Notes: generated by a model not told the origin, from the sequence alone. Shown: positions 17,771 to 28,209, counted from the first letter of the stretch. The stretch: DNA of 64,000 nucleotides from Myxococcota bacterium (GCA_039028615.1 JBCCHT010000003.1:64001-128000), one strand, 5' to 3'. Translations and numbers: made by a program.

Positions 17771-20293
17771 CTAGAACGACTTGCTCGGCCAGGGGTTGAA
17801 CGAGAACCGACGCACCCGGGTGAGCCAGGGCAGCAGCTCCTCCACGGGGAGCGCGTCGGTGCCCGCGTCCCGGACCGCCGAGTGCAGCTCTCGCCAGCGA
17901 CGCTCGCGACGGTCGGAGGTCGTGTCCTTGGCCAGCTCGATGATCGCCGCGCCGAGGGTCGGCTGCCGGGTGTGGGCCAGGGCCTCGAACACCACCGCCG
18001 CCTCGCCCGAGCGTCCGACCTGAATGGCCAGCAAGGTCATCACCCGTAGGTAGGACTGGTCGGCGATGTACTCGTCGATGTCGTCGGCGGGGATCTCCGC
18101 TCGCAGCAAGCGATAGGTGTTCACCAGAGCCTTGGCCAGCCGCGGGGTGTCGATCACCGCGTGGAGGTTCTTGGCGAAGGCGACCTCGTCGTCGTCCAGC
18201 TCCAGCACCAGGTCGCAGGCGAGGTCCTCTTCTTCGGCCGCGCGGGCCTTCGCCGTGGCCTCGGACTTCGCCTCCTCGGTGGTCTTCGAGTCTTCGGGCT
18301 TCTTGGAGCCCTCGGGCTTCTTGGAGGTCTCGGCCTTCTTCGAGTCGTCGGCCTTCTTCGAGTCGTCGTTCGCCGTGGGCTCGCTCGCGTCCTTGCTTCC
18401 GAACTTCTTCTCCAGCCCCGGCTCGAGCACGTGCTCCACGAGCGACGCAAAGCCGCGGGGGCCCATGGGGCGCAGCGAGAACGGGATCTGGAACACCTTC
18501 TCCAAGTAGTGCTGCGGCGTGGGGCGAGCCTCGTCGACCGGCCGATCGGGGCCACGCGGCGGCCCGAGCAGGCGCTCGTAGTGCAGGCTCAGCGAGCGCC
18601 GCAGCCAGCGAACGTCCACCGCGAGCACCACCACGAAGATCGGCGTCGCCAGCAGCAGGTGCACGGCTTGCAGCACCTCGACCACGCGCTCCGGCTCGCA
18701 GCGATCGAGGTCGTCGATGTAGATGACGATCCGCGACACGGGCGGGGCAGGGGCATCTTCACCGGGCCCCTCCTTTTCGACCTGGCGCAGGATTTCCTCG
18801 AGCTTGGCGAAGTCTTCGCGAACGGTGGAGACCAGGCCGAGGTGCTGCCGGTAGTCGTCACTCTCGCCCTTGTCGCGGATGAAGCTGTAAAAGCGCTGCC
18901 CGCCGTCGAGTTCCTTGAGCGCCTTGCGGGCCCGGGTGACGTCCTCGGCGGCGAGTTCGGCCGCCGTCTGTGCGCTCTCGGTCCCGGCCGCGGCGGACTC
19001 GTAGCGGCGTCGGGCGTCGTCCAGCGCGTTGATCCCCGGGGCCAGCAGGTCCCGGGCCGCGCCATCGAGGAAGTCGGTGACGGTGGCGTGGGTCTGGTTG
19101 GCGACCGCATAGCCCAGCTTGGCCTTCTCGATGTTGGGCGAGACGATGGCCCACCACGCCACGCAGGTGCTGACGATGCCGGTCACGAAGCCCACGCAGG
19201 TGGTGCCCAGGGTGATGGCGGGCTCCAGATCGATGATCTCCCGCCACGCCAGGATCGCCAGCACGATGCCGAGCACGATCAGGATGAGGCCCACGATGAT
19301 GCCGATGCGGGTCCACTTCCCCTGCGACCAGATCCACCGCAGGCTGATCCGCAACGCGGCGATGGGATTTTTGACCTTGAGCACGGGCCGCGGCTCGGCC
19401 CCCTCCACGCCCTCGAGGTCGCCCGTGACCGGCGCGGCACATTCCACCACCGCCAGCTCTTCGCGCAGGGCCTCGAGCTCGCGCTCGCGCTCGTCTCGCT
19501 CGACCTTGGCCTCCGCGAGGATCTTCTCCGCGTCCTCGAGCTCGACGCTCGCCTCTTCGCGTCGCCGATTGCCGTCGCTGATCTCGTTGAGCAGGCGCGC
19601 CCGCGTCTCGTCGATCTTCTCCTTCGGATTGATGATCTCCGCGAGCTGGTCGAAGATTCGCGTGACCAGGCTGGCCCACAGGTTGGGCTCGGCGAAGTGC
19701 CAGGCGTTGAAGTCGACCTGGGCGACCCGCGAGTGCCAGCGGTCTTCGAGCTCGGCGAGACCGGCGTCGTCGCCCTTCGTTTCGAGCTTGGTCGCGACGC
19801 GATCGTAGGCATCGCAGCGGGCCTGCACCTTGGCCTGGAGCTGCGACATGAAGAAGCTCTTGCCCGCGCCCCAGTCTCCGAACAGGCCCACCGACAGCGG
19901 CGTCCCGGTTCGGCGGGAGCACAGCACGCGGGCGAAGGCCTGGGCCTCCACGTTCACGCCGAGCACGTCGGCGCCGTGCTGCTCGCCCTTGGCGATGCCC
20001 TTGGCGGCGGACGGGTCGTCGAAGTCGGTCGGCTCGAACACCGCCGGAGGCACGACCTTGCGCGTGGGGCTGGGGTTGGACGCCACTTGGCTCAGCAGCG
20101 TCATCCCTTGCTCGTTCAGCGTGGCGCCATCGCCTTTTTGACCTTGTTCGGCGAGGAACGCCGCGACGGCCGCCTGCGTACGCGATCCATAGTCACCGTC
20201 GACCAGGACCACATAGCCCGCCTGGTTCAGCCAACGCTGCAACTGCTCGACATCGTCGCCACTCTCCCCGCGACGCAAAGTGCCACCCATCAT
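17771..20293 (-). CDS. KAP-family P-loop NTPase with N-terminal peptidoglycan-binding domain
   Basis: LRRGESGDDVEQLQ...DGDYGSRTQAAV; Walker A GDWGAGKS; FNAW; 2 TM; IVIYIDDLDRC; YLEKVFQIPF. Confidence 0.9.
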   Translation of the reverse strand: MMGGTLRRGESGDDVEQLQRWLNQAGYVVLVDGDYGSRTQAAVAAFLAEQGQKGDGATLNEQGMTLLSQVASNPSPTRKVVPPAVFEPTDFDDPSAAKGIAKGEQHGADVLGVNVEAQAFARVLCSRRTGTPLSVGLFGDWGAGKSFFMSQLQAKVQARCDAYDRVATKLETKGDDAGLAELEDRWHSRVAQVDFNAWHFAEPNLWASLVTRIFDQLAEIINPKEKIDETRARLLNEISDGNRRREEASVELEDAEKILAEAKVERDERERELEALREELAVVECAAPVTGDLEGVEGAEPRPVLKVKNPIAALRISLRWIWSQGKWTRIGIIVGLILIVLGIVLAILAWREIIDLEPAITLGTTCVGFVTGIVSTCVAWWAIVSPNIEKAKLGYAVANQTHATVTDFLDGAARDLLAPGINALDDARRRYESAAAGTESAQTAAELAAEDVTRARKALKELDGGQRFYSFIRDKGESDDYRQHLGLVSTVREDFAKLEEILRQVEKEGPGEDAPAPPVSRIVIYIDDLDRCEPERVVEVLQAVHLLLATPIFVVVLAVDVRWLRRSLSLHYERLLGPPRGPDRPVDEARPTPQHYLEKVFQIPFSLRPMGPRGFASLVEHVLEPGLEKKFGSKDASEPTANDDSKKADDSKKAETSKKPEGSKKPEDSKTTEEAKSEATAKARAAEEEDLACDLVLELDDDEVAFAKNLHAVIDTPRLAKALVNTYRLLRAEIPADDIDEYIADQSYLRVMTLLAIQVGRSGEAAVVFEALAHTRQPTLGAAIIELAKDTTSDRRERRWRELHSAVRDAGTDALPVEELLPWLTRVRRFSFNPWPSKSF

Positions 20294-20394
20294 GGTGGTC
20301 GGGATTGTTGCATGGGCGTGACGGGTCGCGGGGACGGGATCGAGCGCGACGCAGCGGGCCCACGAGCCGCCGATGATCGAAATCGCGTGGGTTC

Positions 20395-20462
20395 AAAAAA
20401 GGAACCCGACCGTCCGGTCCGCGAGCCAGGTAGGCAGGGGCTCGCGGACCGGGGTCGGGTCC
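20395..20462 (-). terminator. Long GC hairpin followed by U6 on the minus strand
   Basis: ccggtccgcgagcc/ggctcgcggaccgg stem plus outer cccgac/gtcggg; aaaaaa at 20395-20400. Confidence 0.7.
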
Positions 20463-20487
20463 ACGGTGGTGATGCGGGACGCGCGCT

Positions 20488-20865
20488 TTAGCGGTAGCCG
20501 GTTATGTCGTCGAGGACCGTGATCGACGCTGCGGCCGATGAGCTTCCAAGGCGGAAGCGAAGGAGGCACAACCGTCGTCTCGAGGGGGCAACGCGGATCA
20601 CTCGCAGGCTGAGGAGCACTTGGTTGTTACTCTCTGCTTGCTGGGTCCAGTCGACCTGGAATCCCGGCGTACCCGAGCGAACCTCGAGCTGCGATGCATC
20701 GCCATCGGCGATGTTGATCCACGCCAATATTGCCGAGGACCCGCGAACCATTGCGCTTTGCAGGCGAATGGACTCGAACCGGGCCCCAACGATGGGTGGG
20801 ACGGGGTAGTGACCTCGACCATCGGGTCGCGGCCGGGGCGCGTTGAACTGCGTCGGAGCCAACAT
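20488..20865 (-). CDS. Hypothetical protein
   Basis: ATG ORF directly followed by the terminator; beta-strand-like sequence. Confidence 0.5.
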   Translation of the reverse strand: MLAPTQFNAPRPRPDGRGHYPVPPIVGARFESIRLQSAMVRGSSAILAWINIADGDASQLEVRSGTPGFQVDWTQQAESNNQVLLSLRVIRVAPSRRRLCLLRFRLGSSSAAASITVLDDITGYR

Positions 20866-21230
20866 CAGGTGGGGGCGGGCACCGACCCTAAGGCCGGCGA
20901 CTGAACGTATTAGTGGAAATGAGAGCCCAACCGATCACGGTTTTCTCGATCGAATTTCAGTGATGAACCCCCGTGGGCGGAAACCCCATGCACGCCCGGT
21001 TCCGTAGGGGAAAACCTCCGTCGTTCCCGGACGTTCCGATCGGGCTCAAAATCGCGCGGAGGCCGACGGGTCGGGTACTGTGGACCTCAGAATTCCGCTC
21101 ACCACCATGATCGGTTGTCACCCGTTTCACACTAAAGAGTCCGTCCGCCGTTTCGGTGGGACCCGGTCCTCGAACGAACGCGCCCCGCCCTGGTCACCCC
21201 AGGGTGCCATTCCCACGGAGTCACCCCCTC

Positions 21231-21602
21231 ATGCCCGACCATGCTTCTCGGCATCGCCGAACCGCCACTCTTCTCGTTCCTCCGACCGCTACCACCCGAA
21301 CATCCGAAATGCGACTCATCTGCGATGATCCCAAGGACGGCACCGAACTCGTTCGGTCCCTGCCCACCAGCAACCCCGCTACGACCGTCGAAGTCCGCTT
21401 CGAGCCCCTCAGCCCCAACGAGCGCCTCAGCGGCGAGCCCGTCAATTGGTGCAATAGCCCCGCAACGGGCCAGCCGCTCATCTACACGATTCCGGTCCCG
21501 CAAAAGCCGAGTCACCCCCCCACCTCCGATACGCTGAAGGTCACGAAGAACACCGCGGGCGGGACGACCAACTTCCCCGTGATCGTCAAGCGCTCCACCT
21601 AG
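21231..21602 (+). CDS. Hypothetical protein
   Basis: ATG ORF ending 49 nt before the kinase gene on the same strand. Confidence 0.5.
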   Translation: MPDHASRHRRTATLLVPPTATTRTSEMRLICDDPKDGTELVRSLPTSNPATTVEVRFEPLSPNERLSGEPVNWCNSPATGQPLIYTIPVPQKPSHPPTSDTLKVTKNTAGGTTNFPVIVKRST

Positions 21603-21651
21603 TCGATCCCCAGCCGAACCGTACGCCTCCCATCCCCAAGGACTGGCCACG

Positions 21652-24333
21652 ATGTCTGCCATCGATACCCACCCCGAGAGCCTCGACGGGGATTCGACCA
21701 CCCTGCAATCGCAGCGGGTGTGGAAAGCAGCAGGCAAGCCCGACCTCGACTTCGACAGTCAGCGGCTTCGCAATCGCCTGCGGGCCAAGATGTTCGGCGT
21801 CGACGCGGCGCCGATCAACATCGGGCGCTTCAACGTGCTCGAGACGGTCGGCTCCGGGGGGATGGGGGTCGTGTACGCGGCCTACGACGAGGAGCTCGAC
21901 CGCCGCGTCGCCGTCAAGCTCCTGCGCTCCTCCCACTACGAGGACGCCTCGATCGGCAAGGGCCGGCTGCTCCGCGAGGCGCAGGCGCTCGCCAAGCTCT
22001 CCCACCCCAACGTCGTGCAGGTCTACGACGTGGGGACCTTCGACGAGAACGTGTTCCTGGCCATGGAGTTCCTCCCGGGCCCCACGCTGCGCGCGTGGAT
22101 CCTCGAGGGGGAGCAGCCGTGGCAAGACGTCCTGCGTCACTTCATCGAGGCGGGGCAGGGGCTGGCGGCGGCCCATCGCGAGGGCATCATCCATCGCGAC
22201 TTCAAGCCAGCGAACTTGCTCTTCGGCGCCGATGGTCGGGTCCGCGTCGTGGACTTCGGGCTCGCGCGAGCGACCGAGCATGCGCGGGTCGAGCCCGATC
22301 CCACCCCCTCGGGCCGCGCCCGGGCCTTCGCCGTCGAGCTCACCCAGACGGGGGAGATCATGGGGACCCCGGCGTACATGTCCCCCGAGCAGGCGCGCTA
22401 CGAGAAAATCGACGCGCGTAGCGATCAATATAGTTTCTGCGTGGCCCTGTACGAGGCGCTCTTCGGTCGGCGCCCGCACGTCGGTCGCAGCTCCGCCGAG
22501 GTCCTCGTGGCCGTCTCCGAAGGCGAGGTCCAGCCCCCGCCTCGCTCCACGAAGGTGCCCGCGCGGATCGTTCGCGCCGTCATGCGAGGGCTATCCGCCT
22601 CGCCCGACCAACGCTTCCCCGACATGGACGCGCTGCTGGCCGAGCTGTCGCTCGACCGATCGGCGCGCTGGCACTGGCTGGGCGGCGGCGTGGTGGCGGC
22701 CCTGGGCCTGAGCGCGGTGGTCATGGCCTCCGAAGCCCCCTGCGAAGGCGTGAAGGATTCCGTCTCCACCGCGTGGAACTCCTCCGCGCGGGCCGAGCTG
22801 CGGCAAGCCTTCGACGCCAGCGGGCTGCGTGACGCCGCGTCCACGGCCGACCGCGTGTCGGGCGAGCTGGACGACTACGCATCGCAGTGGACCGAGGCGC
22901 GGCAGGACGTGTGCGAGGCCCACCACGTGCGCCGCGAGCTGTCGGCCGAGCTTCACGATCTTCGCATGGCGTGCCTGCTGGAGCGCCGCGCCGAGCTGGG
23001 GGCGTTCGCCAAGACTCTCGCGAACGCCGATCTCGAGATGGTCGAGCAGGCTCCGGCGGCCGTGATGGAGCTGTCGGCGATCTCGGCCTGTGACGACGTC
23101 GAGCGCATGATGGCCACCGAGACCCCCGAACATCGCAACCTGCGGCAGCAGCTCGCCGAGGCCAAGGCCTGGTACAAGCTCGGCCGCTACGAAAAGGCGC
23201 TCCAGTCCATGGAGCACGTGGCGAGCGAAGCCCGGCAGGGCGCCGCCGAAGGTCTCGAAGCCGAGGCGCTGTACCACCGGGGCATCGTGTTCGAGCGGTT
23301 GTGGAAGCACGAAGCCGCCGTAGAGACCCTCGACACCGCGGTCGACATGGCCGAAGCGGCGGGGGTCGATCGGCTCGGTGCGCAGGTGTGGACCCTGATG
23401 GCCCGCCAGCTCGCCTTCCGTGGCCGCGCCGAGGATGCCGAGCGCTCGCTGCGAATGGCCAAGGCCAAGCTCAAGCGGCTCGGTGACGACGAAGAACTCG
23501 AGCGAGACTTGATGCAGGCCCGCGCCGTCGTGGCATGGCAGGGCGGTCGCCACGACGAGGCGATCGAGGTGCAGCAAACCGCGGTCCAGCAGTGGCAGGC
23601 CGAGGGCGGCGACGCCGATCCCCGGCTCGCGGCGGCGCTCAACGTCCTCGGGAACATCCTCGCCGATGCGGGTCGACTGGCCGAGGCCGGGGTCCAGCGC
23701 GCGCGGGCCCTGAAGTTGCTCGAGAAGGTCTACGGCGCCGAGCACCCGCGCGTGGCTCTGCTTCTGGTCTCGATGGGCATGGACCAGCGCGATGCGGGTC
23801 TGCTGGCCGAGGCGCGGCAGACGTATCTTCGCGCCGAGAAGATGCTCATCGCCAGCGTCGGCGCCGAGTCGCCCTCGCTCATCAAGGTGCAGAAGGCACT
23901 GGGGCAGCTGGCGCTGACCCAAGAAGACTACGAGGAAGCCGAGCTGCGAGGCGTTCGCACGATGGAGCTGGTGAGTGACGTCGAAGGGATGGCCGACCAC
24001 CGCCTCGACGCCCTGTCCATGCTGGCCAGCGTGGCGATGAACCGCGAGCAGCTCCCCAAGGCGGAGGGCTATATCCGAGAGTACGTGGACATCGTGGCGA
24101 CCAAGAACGTCAGCCCCGAGTACCGCGACGCCGTGTTCGCCCTGCGGCTCGGGTTGGTGACCGTCGTCCAGCAGCAAGGGCGGCACGCCGAGGCCAAAGA
24201 GATCGCCACCCGAATCCTCCACGACCTCGACGGGAAGCCGGAGCATCTCGATGGCATGCGTCAGGCGGCTCAGGCTGCCCTCGACGAGCTCACGGCTTCG
24301 GACGACCCGACGCCCTCATCCACCGGGGCCTGA
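21652..24333 (+). CDS. Hanks-type Ser/Thr kinase with TM and TPR domain
   Basis: GSGGMG, VAVK, HRDFKPAN, DFG, GTPAYMSPE; TPR-like helices. Confidence 0.95.
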   Translation: MSAIDTHPESLDGDSTTLQSQRVWKAAGKPDLDFDSQRLRNRLRAKMFGVDAAPINIGRFNVLETVGSGGMGVVYAAYDEELDRRVAVKLLRSSHYEDASIGKGRLLREAQALAKLSHPNVVQVYDVGTFDENVFLAMEFLPGPTLRAWILEGEQPWQDVLRHFIEAGQGLAAAHREGIIHRDFKPANLLFGADGRVRVVDFGLARATEHARVEPDPTPSGRARAFAVELTQTGEIMGTPAYMSPEQARYEKIDARSDQYSFCVALYEALFGRRPHVGRSSAEVLVAVSEGEVQPPPRSTKVPARIVRAVMRGLSASPDQRFPDMDALLAELSLDRSARWHWLGGGVVAALGLSAVVMASEAPCEGVKDSVSTAWNSSARAELRQAFDASGLRDAASTADRVSGELDDYASQWTEARQDVCEAHHVRRELSAELHDLRMACLLERRAELGAFAKTLANADLEMVEQAPAAVMELSAISACDDVERMMATETPEHRNLRQQLAEAKAWYKLGRYEKALQSMEHVASEARQGAAEGLEAEALYHRGIVFERLWKHEAAVETLDTAVDMAEAAGVDRLGAQVWTLMARQLAFRGRAEDAERSLRMAKAKLKRLGDDEELERDLMQARAVVAWQGGRHDEAIEVQQTAVQQWQAEGGDADPRLAAALNVLGNILADAGRLAEAGVQRARALKLLEKVYGAEHPRVALLLVSMGMDQRDAGLLAEARQTYLRAEKMLIASVGAESPSLIKVQKALGQLALTQEDYEEAELRGVRTMELVSDVEGMADHRLDALSMLASVAMNREQLPKAEGYIREYVDIVATKNVSPEYRDAVFALRLGLVTVVQQQGRHAEAKEIATRILHDLDGKPEHLDGMRQAAQAALDELTASDDPTPSSTGA

Positions 24334-24540
24334 CGCCGCCGTCATTCGGCCTGCGTCGAGCCTCTCGAAAGAACCGTCCGTGGCTGGCCCGTTCACCACC
24401 CCGCGGACCGTAGAAAACGCGCTCTGCCCGCAGTTCGTCGGATGAGGATGGGGCGGCCTGTGGGAAGCAACGCGGCAAGGGGTGCGCGGTTGACGGGGCG
24501 GCAAGCACGGCCGGCGGAAGGACTTGCTAGGATTCGGCCG

Positions 24541-25161
24541 GTGCCGCCGACCGACTTGGAGTTGCTCGACGCCTGGCGCAACGGGGACCTCGATGCGGGG
24601 GATGCTCTGTTCAACCGGCATTTCGCTGCGATCCATCGGTTCTTCCGAAACAAGGTTAGCGACGGCCTCGAGGATCTGGTTCAGCAGACGTTCATGGCCT
24701 CCGTCGAGGGCCGCGAGCGATTCCGTAATGATTCCAGCTTTCGAACGTACCTGTTCGGCGTCGCGCACAACCTGCTGCGCGATCACTACCGGGCACAGCG
24801 ACGCGAGCCGGAGGCCTTCGACTTCGGCAAGAGTTCCGCGGTCGACGCCGGAGCCGGCCCGTCGACCGTTGTGGGCAAGCGCCGGGAGGAGCGGCTGCTG
24901 CTCGAGGCGCTGCGCCGCATCCCGCTCGATAGCCAGATCGTGCTGGAGCTGTACTACTGGGAAGAGATGTCCGCGTCGCAGACGGCAGCGGTCCTCGGCG
25001 TTCCAGAGGGCACGGTGCGCGGGCGAGTGCGGCGAGCCAAGCAGCTGCTGAAGGGCGAGCTGGCCAAGCTGGCCGAGTCACCCCAGGAGCTGGAGACCAC
25101 GGTCTGCAACCTCGACCGCTGGGCCGAGGGCCTGCGGCAGCAGATGTCCGACGGCAAGTAG
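24541..25161 (+). CDS. ECF sigma-70 factor
   Basis: EDLVQQTF, FRTYLFGVAHN, LGVPEGTVRGRVRRA. Confidence 0.92.
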   Translation: MPPTDLELLDAWRNGDLDAGDALFNRHFAAIHRFFRNKVSDGLEDLVQQTFMASVEGRERFRNDSSFRTYLFGVAHNLLRDHYRAQRREPEAFDFGKSSAVDAGAGPSTVVGKRREERLLLEALRRIPLDSQIVLELYYWEEMSASQTAAVLGVPEGTVRGRVRRAKQLLKGELAKLAESPQELETTVCNLDRWAEGLRQQMSDGK

Positions 25162-25210
25162 CCGTCCGAGGCGAGACGGCCCCATCGGGTCGTGGGGAAG
25201 GGGCGACCGC

Positions 25211-25885
25211 CTACTCTTCGCAGTCGTCGCAGGCCTGCATCGCGGCGGCACACTGGAGCTCGGCGCGGAGGCAGGCCTTTTCGTAGCGCGGCTCGTCGGG
25301 ATGCTGCTCGGCCAGCTCGCAGATCTGGGCCTCGAGGTCGCAGGTGGCCTCGGCGAGGTCGCAGACCCGCTCGCACCGCGTACGCTCTCGTTCGCGGCTG
25401 TCGCGGCTGGAGGCCCGGGCGGCCTTGCGCTCGGCCCGTCGGGCCCGGCCTCGCCTGCGCCTGGACTCGGACTCCATCAAGACGATGTCTTCGTCGGCCG
25501 ACATCTCGCGCTCGGCTGCGGGCATGGGCTCGCTGGCGGTGGAGCTGAGCTCGGGCCCGTCGTCCGAGTCGAACACGGCGTCGGACTCGTCCTCCGGCTC
25601 GGGCCCGGGTTCGGCGGGCTCGGGCAGTGTCTCGGGCTCGTCGCCGCCGGAGCGCGCCCGGGGCTCGAACTGCGGCGGGGGAGGGGTCATCTGTGCGACC
25701 TGGATCCCGGCATCGGCGAGCACGTCACCGTTGCGCTCGAGCTCGGCCTCGATGTCGTTGAGCGACCACTGGCGGAGATCGATGGAGGGCTCCTGGCTCG
25801 CCTTGTTCTTGGCCGCACACCCGGCGGTGACGAAGCCCAAGCTCAGCGCGGTCCCCAGGGTCAGCAGGCGGAGATCAGCCATCAC
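25211..25885 (-). CDS. Lipoprotein with C-terminal 8-Cys helical domain
   Basis: Lipobox TAGC; RCERVCDLAEATCDLEAQIC...ACLRAELQCAAAMQACDDC. Confidence 0.8.
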   Translation of the reverse strand: MMADLRLLTLGTALSLGFVTAGCAAKNKASQEPSIDLRQWSLNDIEAELERNGDVLADAGIQVAQMTPPPPQFEPRARSGGDEPETLPEPAEPGPEPEDESDAVFDSDDGPELSSTASEPMPAAEREMSADEDIVLMESESRRRRGRARRAERKAARASSRDSRERERTRCERVCDLAEATCDLEAQICELAEQHPDEPRYEKACLRAELQCAAAMQACDDCEE

Positions 25886-26393
25886 AGGATTCCTCGCACG
25901 CGGTCTCGGCCCGCTCGCAGTCGAGGGTGGCGCGCTCGCACGCGTTGGCGTAGCGAGGGTCGTCGTGGTCGTCCGCGAGGTTGCAGATCTGGGTGGCGAG
26001 GTCGCAGATGGTGGTGGCGAGATCGCAGACGCGGGTGCAGCGGTCGGGGGTCTCGAAGGCGGTGGCGGGGCTGGCGTCCCGACCCGACTCCGTCCAGCGC
26101 CGCTGCACGAGCTCGGGCAGCGGGATGCCGGCCTCGATCAAGCTCTGCTCGTGCGTCTCGAGCTGGTACTCGAGGTCGTCGATGCCGACCGGCCGCTCCT
26201 CGGCGGCCTCCGCCTCGGACCGGAAGTCCTCGGAGGCTTCGCCGGCGTCCATCCCGGCGGCGGCGTCGCTCGGCGGGCTGGTCTCGGGCGCGCCCGCGGA
26301 CTTCTTGCAGCCGTTGGTCATCAGGCCGCCCACGAGCACGCCGACGATCACACCAGGCCAGGACAGGGAGGAGCCACGAAAACCTCGCGTCAT
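25875..26393 (-). CDS. Paralogous lipoprotein with C-terminal 8-Cys helical domain
   Basis: Lipobox TNGC; RCTRVCDLATTICDLATQIC...ACERATLDCERAETACEESC. Confidence 0.8.
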   Translation of the reverse strand: MTRGFRGSSLSWPGVIVGVLVGGLMTNGCKKSAGAPETSPPSDAAAGMDAGEASEDFRSEAEAAEERPVGIDDLEYQLETHEQSLIEAGIPLPELVQRRWTESGRDASPATAFETPDRCTRVCDLATTICDLATQICNLADDHDDPRYANACERATLDCERAETACEESCDG

Positions 26394-26487
26394 GGGAGGC
26401 CCGAGCATCTCCCCTGGGCGGGGGTTGGTGCAATCGGGCTGCGCTCGCGGCATCTCAGGGGCCGGAACGGCCCCCGCAGTCTCGCCC

Positions 26488-28209
26488 TTACAGGGTGGTG
26501 GCGGCCCGTCGTCGGCGGAGGGTCAGGCCCGCACCGATCAGCACGATCGCCATACCCATGGCCCAGCGGCCCTCGGAGGAGGGTTTGCTCTCGATCTGGC
26601 AGCCGCCGCAGCCGTCGGCGTTGAAGCCTGCGTCGGCGTTGTAGGCCTCGAGCATGGCGTCGATCTGCTCCGTATTGTTGGCCAGCGTCATCGGGGCGCC
26701 GGCCATGGGGATCTCGGAGACTTCTTCCTCCCAGGGCATTTCTGCCGGGAACTCTGGCCAGTCTCGTCCGTTGGGCACGAAGACCTGGCGTCCGTCGGGG
26801 AGGTTGAAGACCGAGTCGCCGCTACAGCGGATGCGGCGGTCGGCGATGCGCATGTTGGGCACCTCGTCGAGGTCTTCCCGGGCGTGGAAGATCGGGTCCT
26901 CGGTCATCTCGTGCGGCGAGATGGTGGTGTACAGGCGCGTCACGTAGTCGTGGGTCTGGAGCAAGTCCTCGGCGTGCTGGCCCGGGCCGACGATGCGCTC
27001 GTCGAAGGCGTCGGCGAAGCCCTCACTGTCGAACGCCACCGCGTTTTCACCCTCGGTGTAGCACTCGGGGCAGTCGATGAACTGCTCGACGCTGACACCG
27101 TCGGGGAGCTGGAGGAACTCGCCGAGCACACCGCCGACGAGGGGGTGATTGAGCTGGCAGCCGTCCCACTCGTTGCAGAAGGCCAGGCTCTGCGACTCGA
27201 GGATGCCGGGGAGCTGCCCCGGGGTGGCCCCGCGGAAGTCGTCGGGGGCCCAGGCGGCCACGTAAAGCCCCGCGGAGGACACGGTGTTGCTGGGCCCGGC
27301 GAACTCGGTGACGAAGGCGCGGCCGTTGGCGTGCTCGGCATCGACGGCGGCGGTGATCACCTCTTTGTAGTTGGCGCCGAAGTTCAGCCAGTCGATCTTC
27401 AGCGGGTTGACCAGCACGTGCCGATAGTTGGTGGGCACCATGCGGGCATCGCTGAGGAAGAACGTCCGGACGTCCATGTCCTCGACGGCGGCGATCCGCG
27501 TGAGGCGGAGCGGCACGCACAGCTCGGTGCCCGTGTAGCGCAGCGTGATGGGGTGAATCTGGTCGACGTCGGCTCCGCCGGTCAGCTTGATGGCGCCGAA
27601 CAGGTGGCCCTCGGCGAGGTACTCCTCGAGGATCGGGGTGGCCTCGGGGTCTTGCTGGTAGCCGTTCTCGTCGAGCCAGGCGACGACCTCGTCGGCCGTG
27701 CCACCCTCGAGCACCACGATGTCGAAGGCGCCGACCGTCTCTTTGAGCACGATGGTCGGTCCGCCGTCGTCTTCCCCGTCGCCGCCGCTGTCGGCCGCGC
27801 CGCTGGTGATCCCGGCGCCGTTGCTGGGGTCGTCTTGCGCTCCGCCGTCGAACCGGCTGTCGGTGCAGGTCTCGCGCGTCGAGTTGAAGCCGTAGCTCGG
27901 CACGGTGCCGGTGAGCAGGTTGCTGAACAGCGCGTCGGAGCCGATGGAGAAGCTCGGCACCGCGGTCAGCGGAATGACCCAGGCGAAGTTCTCGGCTTCA
28001 CCGTCGTAGCGGATCTGAATGTGGACTTCGACGTCCTCGCCGTCGCGAACGAACAGGATGTTCTCGCCCGACTGATCGACCGGCATCGACTGCGGGCCGG
28101 CATCGCAGAACGTGCCGCCGCACGCCTGGGCCGGCTGGGGCATGGCCACCCATGCTCCGCAAGAGATCAACGCACCGAGGAACGCACCACTACGCCAAGA
28201 AACGAGCAT
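26488..28209 (-). CDS. DUF2330-domain secreted protein with C-terminal membrane anchor
   Basis: AQACGGTFC, FAWVIP, WLDENGY, VPLRLT; GCGGC + TM + RRRR tail. Confidence 0.85.
   Translation of the reverse strand: MLVSWRSGAFLGALISCGAWVAMPQPAQACGGTFCDAGPQSMPVDQSGENILFVRDGEDVEVHIQIRYDGEAENFAWVIPLTAVPSFSIGSDALFSNLLTGTVPSYGFNSTRETCTDSRFDGGAQDDPSNGAGITSGAADSGGDGEDDGGPTIVLKETVGAFDIVVLEGGTADEVVAWLDENGYQQDPEATPILEEYLAEGHLFGAIKLTGGADVDQIHPITLRYTGTELCVPLRLTRIAAVEDMDVRTFFLSDARMVPTNYRHVLVNPLKIDWLNFGANYKEVITAAVDAEHANGRAFVTEFAGPSNTVSSAGLYVAAWAPDDFRGATPGQLPGILESQSLAFCNEWDGCQLNHPLVGGVLGEFLQLPDGVSVEQFIDCPECYTEGENAVAFDSEGFADAFDERIVGPGQHAEDLLQTHDYVTRLYTTISPHEMTEDPIFHAREDLDEVPNMRIADRRIRCSGDSVFNLPDGRQVFVPNGRDWPEFPAEMPWEEEVSEIPMAGAPMTLANNTEQIDAMLEAYNADAGFNADGCGGCQIESKPSSEGRWAMGMAIVLIGAGLTLRRRRAATTL

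Noticed and set aside
20970..21020. Imperfect direct repeat ccgtgggcggaaacccc / ccgtaggggaaaacctc
   Set aside because: Only two degenerate copies; may be an operator but unsupported
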